A stretch of DNA of 64,000 nt from a bacterium. GTDB lineage: Bacteria > UBA8248. The stretch's first letter is position 1; the number at the start of each line of letters is the position of its first letter. Shown piece after piece: positions 20,756 to 29,541 of the stretch. The notes beneath the pieces were generated by a model. It was not told where the DNA came from and did no database searches. It saw only the letters and a list, made by a program, of their open reading frames with translations. A program made the translations under genes and the position numbers. The stretch spans positions 4,000,001-4,064,000 of the forward strand of contig OZ253442.1 of the NCBI GenBank assembly GCA_965261085.1. The letters are read 5' to 3'.

Positions 20756-22641
20756 CAGCGCGCCTCCGCCTCATCGGTTCGCCATAATTTCGAATCAGGC
20801 GAAGAGAAAATATCCACCCATTCTGAGCGCCAGTTCTTGTTGTTGCGATAATAACGAATCGCAAATTCATCGACGGCTTCCCGCGTGCTGCGATCCTCCC
20901 ACCACGAATCGACATCAGGCCAGATGGCGTTCAGATGCCTCGCCGCACTCTCGCCGGATGAATGATGAACGTGCACACTGATAAGTTTCTTGATGCCCGG
21001 TTTCGCAAAACGGGAAACGCGCCAGGCGTTAGCCCCCCCGAAGAAAAGGGTCGGAATGCCCGCCGCCATCGTGAATGCCGCCGTCGTTCCCGGGCGATCG
21101 AGAACACAAACGCCGCATCCCGCTAACGCACGCGAGAGCTTGGTCGGCATGTATCTCACCAATTTTCCGCGAAGGATTTTCACGTCAGGGTATTTCTTTT
21201 CGATATAGGCCTGATCGTATTGATTGTTCCTCCTGCGCGTATACGGCCTGTACCACAAGGCGGAGCGAGGCGCGTCGCCCAAGTGTTCGATGAAACTCGT
21301 CTTCCCCATCATGTATTGCGCGATGTCTTCGGGAAGGGAGTCCGCCGCCAGCCATTTCATATGGGGGGTGAGTTCGGAGCTGACCAGAATGATGAATGAG
21401 TTCCGCTTCTTGCTCCTCCTCATTTTTGAGAGAAAAGGAGAAACCGCCGGCACGGCGTTTATTCGATAATCGGATTGACGCCTCCACCCCCACGATATGA
21501 ACCGATCGGCCGTCTTATACTCCGCAAGGTGATGCCAAGGCGCCGACTCGATGACGCCGTAGTTCCCCCCATGCTGATTGATAACCAGCCTTGCCGGGCG
21601 TTTTTCTAGGAGAGCGGCCACGTAAAAATTCGACTGATCGTCATTTCCCAGATGGCCATAGGCGATGGTATCCGTCCAGGGCGCCGTCGCCTTTACCTTC
21701 AACCGGGCTTTTTTCTCGTTTTCCAGATAATGATGTGTGAAAATCTTTGGCATCATCTCCACAACGAGCCCATCCAAAACACTCAGGAAAATCACGGCTT
21801 CCGTAGCGGTGATGTCCCGGAACGATTGGAGTTCATCAACCACGTCGTTCCTGGTGAGGTTCCCCTTTTCCGCTTCGGACGTTTCATCAAACGATTTAGC
21901 GGCCTCTTTCCAGCCTCTTCTGTTTCGAAACAGCATGCGCAAGGAAATGTAAAAAGCATCCAGCGGACTCAATCCATGCACTTTATGGAATTGTACGCAC
22001 CCCATGTTGGAAGAGAGGATGCTCGCCCAGCGATACACCTCCATTTTTCTTTGCACTTTTTTGAAAACGGCATAGTTTTCCGTTGAAGTCGCGCCGGATG
22101 AGTGGTCCGAGGAGAAATACGCATCTCCCGGGGCGGGAGCACCGTCTCGCACCACCCAATCTCGGGGCTGGAATGCGCGGATGAATTTACTGAATATCAG
22201 CCGGTTCAAAGGATCGTCGATAAGCATCTGATTAAAATGGGGCGTCGTGATGGATGAAAGGCTTTCATCCTCAGGGGAGAGATATACGAGATACGGCACA
22301 CGGCTTCTGACCCGATTTCTGACGCGCAAAAACCGTTCGAATGCGCACATGACCAGATTGATGAGCCACGGCATCAACAAGATGCGCCAGTAGCGATTCG
22401 AATAAGAACGCCCGTGTCTTTCGTTTTGCCGGATATTCAACCTAGAGAGATAGAATTCACAAACCTTCTCAAGCCTTCTGGAGACGAAGTGAACCTCCTC
22501 GCTTTTGAGCGCCGGCTCGATTTCGTATTTTTTCCATTCCCACTCAAAAAGCTGAGACTCCGAAAGTGACCAGGGGCCTAAATGCTCGGCCTGTCGCTCG
22601 TTCGGGATGGAATCGATTTTCGTCAGCACGAGTTGTTTCAT
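20755..22641 (-). CDS. Putative transferase, LIC12162 family (surface-carbohydrate locus)
   Basis: HLGPW, LN..HG..YS.RYWRILLMPWL, NQHGGNYG, FISWGW, YRPY, GIPT; start set at ATG 22641 (or 22668) because the longer ORF overlaps a tRNA. Confidence 0.7.
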   Translation of the reverse strand: MKQLVLTKIDSIPNERQAEHLGPWSLSESQLFEWEWKKYEIEPALKSEEVHFVSRRLEKVCEFYLSRLNIRQNERHGRSYSNRYWRILLMPWLINLVMCAFERFLRVRNRVRSRVPYLVYLSPEDESLSSITTPHFNQMLIDDPLNRLIFSKFIRAFQPRDWVVRDGAPAPGDAYFSSDHSSGATSTENYAVFKKVQRKMEVYRWASILSSNMGCVQFHKVHGLSPLDAFYISLRMLFRNRRGWKEAAKSFDETSEAEKGNLTRNDVVDELQSFRDITATEAVIFLSVLDGLVVEMMPKIFTHHYLENEKKARLKVKATAPWTDTIAYGHLGNDDQSNFYVAALLEKRPARLVINQHGGNYGVIESAPWHHLAEYKTADRFISWGWRRQSDYRINAVPAVSPFLSKMRRSKKRNSFIILVSSELTPHMKWLAADSLPEDIAQYMMGKTSFIEHLGDAPRSALWYRPYTRRRNNQYDQAYIEKKYPDVKILRGKLVRYMPTKLSRALAGCGVCVLDRPGTTAAFTMAAGIPTLFFGGANAWRVSRFAKPGIKKLISVHVHHSSGESAARHLNAIWPDVDSWWEDRSTREAVDEFAIRYYRNNKNWRSEWVDIFSSPDSKLWRTDEAEAR

Positions 22642-22784
22642 GCGTCGAGCACTTTTCCCACACCTCATCGCATACGCATAAGGCGTGAACGGAGTAACGG
22701 CGCAAATGGCCGTCCCCCCAAGGCGCGCGTTAAACACCCTCGCGCCGCTCGACTTGACGGGAAAGGAATTTCTACAGCAACGGT

Positions 22785-22862
22785 TGGCGTCCCCAAGGGG
22801 ATTCGAACCCCTGTTGCCGGCGTGAAAGGCCAGTGTCCTGGGCCAGGCTAGACGATGGGGAC
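22785..22862 (-). tRNA. tRNA-Glu (TTC)
   Basis: Reverse complement GTCCCCATCGTCTAGCCTGGCCCAGGACACTGGCCTTTCACGCCGGCAACAGGGGTTCGAATCCCCTTGGGGACGCCA: cloverleaf, TTC anticodon, GTTCGAA T-loop, encoded CCA. Confidence 0.97.
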
Positions 22863-22960
22863 AAGTAAAAATCCAGGAAGGCCAAGGAATGAATTCCCGG
22901 ACCTTCAAGGGGTCGATTTATACTGGTTTTCGGGCTGGAAGTCCATCCCGCTCCACCACT

Positions 22961-23830
22961 TCAAACGCGCAAGACGACGAGGATGACTCCACTCACGGTG
23001 AGGGCCGCTCCTGCAGGCTCGCGCCAGGTGATGGATTCGACCCGCCTGAGAAAAATCACGCTGAAAAGCACGGTGAACAAAGGGCTAGTCTGCACCATCG
23101 GCACCACCCTGAAAACCTGGCTTTCCTGTAATGCGGACATGAAAAGAAAAATCCCCATCCCTGCCGCTACGCCACCCAGTAGATACGGCCAAAACGCTCG
23201 CTTCACGTCGCCCGCGTCCTCTTTGCGCAAAGCATAGCAGGTATAGGCGCCCACTACGACGAGAGCGGCGGCGGCGCCTATCAGCGAAGCGGCAAGTGCG
23301 CTTTGGAAAGCGACCACGCCTTTTTTCCAGGACATAGCTCCAAACCCCGATATCATCGCCGCGAACACGGGCCAACGGGCGTCCCAGCGGCTCCATCGCC
23401 CTTCCGTCTTTCCCGATACGAGCAACACGATGCCGCCCACCACGAACACAACGCCCATTAGATGGTACCAGGCCGGCTCCTCTCCCAGAAAAATGACCGC
23501 CAAAAGGGCGGCGAATATGGGGGACATCCCCTTTATCGGCGCCGCGCGCGCCACACCGATCCGGTGAATGCCGATCAGAAAAAAGATGAGGAAAAGCCCT
23601 GGGTTGCACAGGCCGCCAATCATCACCCACAGATAATGCGGGCCCATTTCCGGGAAGGGAGAACCTAAAAGGAAGACCAACGGAATTAAGAGAACCAACT
23701 CTCCCACCAGCGTGATGGTGGCGCCCACGAAATGGTTGGCGTACTGCAAGCCCTTGCGCGCGAAGAAATCAGCGCATGTAAAAGAGAGCGCCGCGCCCAG
23801 AGCGAAAAGAACAAATGGCTCAATCAACAA
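22961..23830 (-). CDS. EamA/DMT family transporter
   Basis: About 10 TM segments in two repeats, SPIFAALLAVIFLGE. Confidence 0.85.
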   Translation of the reverse strand: MLIEPFVLFALGAALSFTCADFFARKGLQYANHFVGATITLVGELVLLIPLVFLLGSPFPEMGPHYLWVMIGGLCNPGLFLIFFLIGIHRIGVARAAPIKGMSPIFAALLAVIFLGEEPAWYHLMGVVFVVGGIVLLVSGKTEGRWSRWDARWPVFAAMISGFGAMSWKKGVVAFQSALAASLIGAAAALVVVGAYTCYALRKEDAGDVKRAFWPYLLGGVAAGMGIFLFMSALQESQVFRVVPMVQTSPLFTVLFSVIFLRRVESITWREPAGAALTVSGVILVVLRV

Positions 23831-23893
23831 AATGCAATTCTCCGCTCGTAGACGGCGACCGAAATATCTCTCCCCAAAGACCCCCTGAAAAAT

Positions 23894-25114
23894 CTAGGCG
23901 AGGTATTTTTCTGAATTTTTCAGGAACTCGACCACGGCCTGAGCGAAAACGCTCACGCCTACCGGCAGCGCCTCCTCATCCAGGTCGAACAGATCGGAAT
24001 GCAGCCCGTGCACAAAGCCTTTTGCTTCGTTCGATATGCCCACGCGGTACAAGGCGCCGGGCCGTTTCTCCGCCATGTAGGAGAAATCCTCGGCCCCCAT
24101 CGAAAGTGGCATCTCTTTTACGTTCTCTGCGCCGAGAACCTGAACGCCGGCATTTTCGATGAGCTCAGTAGCCGCCTTGTGGTTCACAAGAGCGGGATAT
24201 CCCGGCGTGATATCGAGGTCGATTCGCACGTCGAAGGCTTCGGCCACCCCACGCGCTACCGCCCGCGCGCGCTCGGCTATCTTCACCCTGACCTTCGGAT
24301 CATGCGTGCGGATAGTTCCCTGAATCTTGACGTCGCGCGGCACGATGTTGACAGCGACGCCGGCTTCGAACGTCGTAATGGAAAGAACACCGGACTCGAA
24401 GGGGCCGAGGTTTCTGCTCACGATGCTTTGCAGTGCGGTCACCAGATGGCAGGCCGCCAGCAGGGCGTCCTTGGATTGGTGGGGATACGCCGCGTGCGAA
24501 CTTTCGCCCCTGACGTGAATGAGAAGTTTATCCCCCGCCGCCAGGACGGGACCCGAGCGTGTGCCGATATGGCCCGCCGGCATGTCGGGCCACACGTGCG
24601 CGGCGATGAGGAGATCCACCCGCGGCTCCTCGAGAACGCCTTCTTCCACCATCCTCTTTCCACCGGCCTTTCCCTCCTCCGCCGGTTGAAAGATGAATTT
24701 GACATTGCCGCCCAGGCCCTCAAGCCAACTCTTGTTCTCGGAAAGCAGGCGCGCCGCGCCCAGCAACATGCTCACATGGGCGTCATGACCACAGGCGTGC
24801 ATTTTCCCCGGACGGCGGCTCTTGTAGGGCACGTCGTTCGACTCGTCGATGGAGAGCGCATCCATATCAGCGCGAATGCCGATGGTGGGGCCGGGACGTC
24901 CCGTCTCGAGCAGACCGATCACCCCTGTTTCCGCGATACCGGCATGTGCATCAAGACCGAAACTCTCGAGATTCTCTACGATGAGGCGGGAAGTATCATG
25001 CTCCTCGTAGCCGAGTTCGGGATTCATATGAATGGTGCGCCTGGTTTCTGAAAGCCATGGCAGCAGGGCCAAAGAGGCATCCCGTATCGATTCAGACATA
25101 TCGTCAGACCTCAT
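23894..25114 (-). CDS. M20 family amidohydrolase
   Basis: HMNPELGYEE, RADMDAL, MHACGHDAH, FQPAEEG, GAEDF. Confidence 0.92.
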   Translation of the reverse strand: MRSDDMSESIRDASLALLPWLSETRRTIHMNPELGYEEHDTSRLIVENLESFGLDAHAGIAETGVIGLLETGRPGPTIGIRADMDALSIDESNDVPYKSRRPGKMHACGHDAHVSMLLGAARLLSENKSWLEGLGGNVKFIFQPAEEGKAGGKRMVEEGVLEEPRVDLLIAAHVWPDMPAGHIGTRSGPVLAAGDKLLIHVRGESSHAAYPHQSKDALLAACHLVTALQSIVSRNLGPFESGVLSITTFEAGVAVNIVPRDVKIQGTIRTHDPKVRVKIAERARAVARGVAEAFDVRIDLDITPGYPALVNHKAATELIENAGVQVLGAENVKEMPLSMGAEDFSYMAEKRPGALYRVGISNEAKGFVHGLHSDLFDLDEEALPVGVSVFAQAVVEFLKNSEKYLA

Positions 25115-25292
25115 GAATTCGCTTCACCCATCATGCCCTGTCAGTACGCTGAACCCGCATCAAGGGAGAACGGAAAACTTTTTTTTGAAATTCTTCAATG
25201 AAGGCTAGATATCACAAACAAAGGAGATAAACCATTTGGTTAACCGGTTCTCGGCTTCTCACTGTGTCGATATGCCACCCCATCCCCAACAA

Positions 25293-26969
25293 TCAAAAAT
25301 CATTCGGCGAGAATCCGGGCCGCCCCCTCAATATCGCCTTGATGTCCTCACGCTTGTGTTTGCGCGTGGTGGTTCTGGGTAATTCCTCCTCGGGCCAGAG
25401 GAAAAACCCGGCCACCCTCTTGTAATCCGCAAGGTGCGTGCTCAAGCGCTTGAGTTCGGAATCGGCCAGGGCCGCGCGCTTCTGCTCTTCTTGTGGAAGA
25501 TCAGCTTCGGGGTCTAGCACCACGACGGCGAACACCTCCTCACCGCCGCGAGACGTCTTCCTGCCGATGACGCATACGTCCTGAAACCACTCACTCTCGA
25601 GAAGCTGCTCCTCCACCTCTTCGGGATATATGTTTTTTCCCGCCTCGGAGATAATAACGTTTTTGGATCGGCCGCATATCGTGAGGTAGCCGTCCGCATC
25701 CAGACGACCAATATCCCCGGTATGAAACCACCCATCGCGCAAAACCTCCACCGTCAACTCCGGGTTTTCAAAATAGCCCTGCATCACGTTCGGCCCGCGT
25801 ATCAGGATTTCGCCCTCTCCTTCGCCCGCTCCCTCCACGGGTTCGATCCGAGCCTCGACCCCCGGAATCGGCGGGCCGACTGTTCCGATTCTGTTCGGAG
25901 TTCCCGACGGATTTGCGTGGGTGACGGGAGAGGTTTCCGTCAACCCATATCCCTGAAGCACCTCGATCCCCAAAACGAGCAAATCACGAGCGATTTTCGG
26001 GTCGAGTGCGGCTCCCCCGCTCGCGAAATAGCGTAAATTCTCGCCGAGATTCTTCTTCACCTGAGATAACAACAAACCCCCGACGCGAAAACCCATGGAC
26101 AGGCAAATCCCGGAAATACCGAAAAGGAACTTAAAAACGATTTTCTTCGCCCCGCTCAGCGATTCCACGTTCGACATGATCCGCTTATGGATGAGCCGCG
26201 CAAGTGCCGGCACCATCAGGCAGATGGTGATGCCCTCTTTTTTCATGGTCTCCGCGAGGAGGCGCGGGTTCAGAGAAGATAGGTAGTGCACGCGGGCGCC
26301 GGCCGCTAACGGAACCAGAAAACCTCCCGTGCTCTCGAACATGTGGTGAAGCGGCAGAATCGAGAGAAAACCATCGCCCTCCCCGGCGTCGAACGGCTCG
26401 AGCACGGCGCGCACATTGGAGGTGATGTTCCCGTGAGAGAGCATCACTCCTTTGGGCGTTCCCGTCGTTCCCGATGAGAACGACACCAGCGCCAAATCGT
26501 CCGGGCTTCGCTCCGCGCCCGGCAGCGCGTCCAGCGAAGCAGAGGGAGTGGGCTCTCTCACCTCATCAATGCGCAACACCGCGCAGACCGACGCGAGATC
26601 GCCCGCAAGCGTTCCGGCGCGCTCCTCTTCCCGAGCGTCCGTCATCAGGCAAACGGGCCTGGCTTTTTCCAGAATGTTCGCGATCTCCCCTTCTTTCAGG
26701 TTCACGTCCAACGGCACGAGAACGCCACCGGCGAGAAGCGCCCCGAAATAACCCACCCCCCATTCGGGTTGATTCGGAGCCAGCAACGCGACGAAATCTC
26801 CCGGCTTCACGCCTGAATCCATCAGTTCACGGGCCAAGGCGGCCGCTTTGCCGCATAGTTCTATTCTCGTGAGCACCACCCGTCCACGTCCTTCCACATC
26901 GCCTTCTAGGGCGATCGAGTCTGGAAATTTCGCGGTTGCTTCTTTCAGGATATTAATCAGCGTATCCAT
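25293..26969 (-). CDS. Long-chain acyl-CoA synthetase (AMP-binding)
   Basis: SSGTTGTPKG, QGYGLTE, FHTGDIG, GKNIYPEE. Confidence 0.9.
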   Translation of the reverse strand: MDTLINILKEATAKFPDSIALEGDVEGRGRVVLTRIELCGKAAALARELMDSGVKPGDFVALLAPNQPEWGVGYFGALLAGGVLVPLDVNLKEGEIANILEKARPVCLMTDAREEERAGTLAGDLASVCAVLRIDEVREPTPSASLDALPGAERSPDDLALVSFSSGTTGTPKGVMLSHGNITSNVRAVLEPFDAGEGDGFLSILPLHHMFESTGGFLVPLAAGARVHYLSSLNPRLLAETMKKEGITICLMVPALARLIHKRIMSNVESLSGAKKIVFKFLFGISGICLSMGFRVGGLLLSQVKKNLGENLRYFASGGAALDPKIARDLLVLGIEVLQGYGLTETSPVTHANPSGTPNRIGTVGPPIPGVEARIEPVEGAGEGEGEILIRGPNVMQGYFENPELTVEVLRDGWFHTGDIGRLDADGYLTICGRSKNVIISEAGKNIYPEEVEEQLLESEWFQDVCVIGRKTSRGGEEVFAVVVLDPEADLPQEEQKRAALADSELKRLSTHLADYKRVAGFFLWPEEELPRTTTRKHKREDIKAILRGRPGFSPNDF

Positions 26970-27055
26970 GCGCGTCTCCTCCCACCTCGGCCCGCACGAA
27001 GGATTCTACGGGTCGGACAAGGACTACCAACACTCAATTCCAACGAGCGTTTCGG

Positions 27056-27847
27056 CTATATCAAGCGTTTCCTGACTTGCCATGCGGCGAACTCTCCCGC
27101 GAAAACCAGGGCGATGATGGCCAGCACCAGCACACCTGATTTTTGCCACTGAAACTGCTTCACATACAAAAACACGTAAAACCCCAGGCCTCCCGCACCG
27201 ACAAGGCCCAAAATCGTGGAATCACGCAGATTCATCTCGAAACGTATGGCCAGATGCGCGACCATCTGAGGCAGAACCTGTGGAATTAGGCCGTGTTGGA
27301 TAACCTGAACGGACGAGGCGCCAGTACCCTGCAATGCGAGCAGGGGTTTCGGATCGGTCGCCTCGATTTCCTCAGCCACGAACCGGCCGAGGACCCCGAC
27401 GGAGTGCACCGCCAGCGCCAACACGCCGGGAAAGGGGCCGAGTCCCACGGCAGAGACGAACAACAATGCGAGAAGTAGCAAAGGGATGGAGCGGACGAAC
27501 GCCATCAGCGCCTTGATGGGCAAATGCACCCAAACCGGCGTCCAGTTCGACGCTGCCAGCACGCCCAGTGGATAGGCGAACAGGGCGCCCAGAAAAGTGC
27601 CCGCGATGGTGGTTTGCAGCGTTTCGATCGCCGAGGTCAGCAAAACATCCCAGACCGACCAGTCCGGCGGCGTCATCCGGCCAAAGAAATGAATCAACTG
27701 GGGAATACCGCGCCAGAATTGCTTGAGTGAAAACTCAGAACCTTGAAAGGACCAGAATAAGAGTGCGCTAACCGCCAGGAAGAGGCTGGCCCTGGTAGCC
27801 ATACGCCCAGGTGGAAGCGCTTCTGCTTGCTCTCGCTCCGTTCTCAT
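27056..27847 (-). CDS. phnE: Phosphonate/phosphite-type ABC transporter permease
   Basis: RMTPPDW, RSIP, GLGPFPG, RFEMNLRDSTILGLVGAGGLG; the start may be 27802. Confidence 0.88.
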   Translation of the reverse strand: MRTEREQAEALPPGRMATRASLFLAVSALLFWSFQGSEFSLKQFWRGIPQLIHFFGRMTPPDWSVWDVLLTSAIETLQTTIAGTFLGALFAYPLGVLAASNWTPVWVHLPIKALMAFVRSIPLLLLALLFVSAVGLGPFPGVLALAVHSVGVLGRFVAEEIEATDPKPLLALQGTGASSVQVIQHGLIPQVLPQMVAHLAIRFEMNLRDSTILGLVGAGGLGFYVFLYVKQFQWQKSGVLVLAIIALVFAGEFAAWQVRKRLI

Positions 27848-28613
27848 TCACGACTCCGTTCGTTCCCATGAATTCGTAGATTTCATATATCTTATCATTC
27901 GAGAGAGAATCCGAAGAACCATCCCACATGATTTTTCCGTCTTTCATCGCGAGAATCCTATCCGCATACTTTCGTGCAAGTTCAGAAATATGTAGGCTCA
28001 TCATGAGCGTCAGTTGATAGGCGTCGCAAACCGATACGAGAAGATCCATGATATCTTCGGCCAACGCGGGGTCCAGGCTCGATACGGGTTCATCGGCCAG
28101 GAAAATCGCCGGCTCCTGCGCCAATGCCCGGGCAATGGCCACGCGCTGTTGCTCCCCGCCGGAGAGCGTGCGGGCAAAGCGGCGTTGCTTGTCGTCGAGA
28201 TGCACTTCGTGAATGGCCTGTGCGCAGATTTGCAAATCACGCTCCGAGCAGATCCCCAACATGCTTTTCAGCAAAGACACATAACCAAGCCTTCCGTGAT
28301 AGACGTTTTGCCAAACGGTCTCCCGGCCTATCAGGTCGAAATGCTGATGAATCATGCCGATATGCCGGTGATGGGATTTCATCTTTTGCGTCTCCTTGAT
28401 GGGAAAAATATCCCCCATCACGACCACTTGACCCTCATTGCAAGACACATAGCCCTTGAGCATCCGCATCAGGGTCGTCTTGCCGGAACCACTGTTGCCG
28501 ATGATGGCCACTCTCTCTCCACGAAAGATGTCGAGATGATCGATGGAAAGAATCGTCCGTCCCCCCATCTCCACGCGTGCATCTTCGATTTGGATGACCA
28601 CTTCTTTCGACAT
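27768..28613 (-). CDS. phnC: Phosphonate/phosphite-type ABC transporter ATPase
   Basis: [41 protein letters not shown]. Confidence 0.88.
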   Translation of the reverse strand: MSKEVVIQIEDARVEMGGRTILSIDHLDIFRGERVAIIGNSGSGKTTLMRMLKGYVSCNEGQVVVMGDIFPIKETQKMKSHHRHIGMIHQHFDLIGRETVWQNVYHGRLGYVSLLKSMLGICSERDLQICAQAIHEVHLDDKQRRFARTLSGGEQQRVAIARALAQEPAIFLADEPVSSLDPALAEDIMDLLVSVCDAYQLTLMMSLHISELARKYADRILAMKDGKIMWDGSSDSLSNDKIYEIYEFMGTNGVVNENGARASRSASTWAYGYQGQPLPGG

Positions 28614-28617
28614 TTCC

Positions 28618-29541
28618 CTACTCCTTCAAAAAGCCATACTTTCGAGCCATATCGGCCACCGATCGATAACTGCTGTGGTCGACCCTGATGTAACCTTCCG
28701 TTCCGTAAAGAGCCCGCAGCAACCCGCGATTCTCGGGCCGGTTCATCTTCATCATCGCCGAAATGAACTTTTGCTTAATGTCAGGCTCCAGACCTCTGCG
28801 AACCACCACGTTGTGGCTGGGAATTCTGGCCGACTGCGCAATGGCGATAATTTTGCCCCGCTGCTCGGGGCGGAGAAGATTGAGAGCGTATTGGCTGACG
28901 CCGGCGGCATCGACGAAGCCGCCGAACATCGAGTTGATCGCCTGTTGATCTCCACCGGCGAAATATACTCTTCGGAAAAACCCGCCCTCTGGTTTTCCCA
29001 CTCCCCCATTCACGAGGCCGGAACGAACAAAAATATCGTGGGGATACATGAAGCCAGAACTCGAAATGGGGTCGACATAAGCGATGGTTTTGCCCTTCAG
29101 ATCGGAGAGCTTTTTGATGCCGCTGTCCTTACGAACGAAAATCCTCGAATAATAATAGGATTTTCCGTCGTATATCTCTCCGAGAACCGCCTCGACCCCC
29201 GAATACTTGTTCGCCAGTACATAGGGCAGCGGAGACATGAAGCTCACATCCGTATTTTTCGAGATCATGGCCTCCACTGCGGCCAAGTAGTTCAAGGTAA
29301 TGAAATAGCGAACCTTGCGCCCCATTTCTTTTTCCAGGAAGTTCATCGCCGGCTTCACGTTGCTGATGAGTTTCTCGGGATTCTCGAGCGGAATGAACGC
29401 GACCCGAAGTTCTCCATCGACCGCCCGGGCAGGAGCCGAAGCAAACAAAAACATGGAGAAGGCGAGGAGAACCGCTCCCGGGAAACCGACACCCGGCGCT
29501 TTCGACAATAATTTGCGTATGAAATGCATGGCGTTGTTCAT
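28618..29541 (-). CDS. phnD: PhnD-family substrate-binding protein
   Basis: Signal peptide, NYLAAVEAM, YYSRIFVRKDS, DPISSSGFMYP. Confidence 0.85.
   Translation of the reverse strand: MNNAMHFIRKLLSKAPGVGFPGAVLLAFSMFLFASAPARAVDGELRVAFIPLENPEKLISNVKPAMNFLEKEMGRKVRYFITLNYLAAVEAMISKNTDVSFMSPLPYVLANKYSGVEAVLGEIYDGKSYYYSRIFVRKDSGIKKLSDLKGKTIAYVDPISSSGFMYPHDIFVRSGLVNGGVGKPEGGFFRRVYFAGGDQQAINSMFGGFVDAAGVSQYALNLLRPEQRGKIIAIAQSARIPSHNVVVRRGLEPDIKQKFISAMMKMNRPENRGLLRALYGTEGYIRVDHSSYRSVADMARKYGFLKE

Noticed and set aside
22642-22908. N-terminal 89 aa of the 717-aa ORF
   Set aside because: It runs through the tRNA-Glu gene; the real start is downstream.
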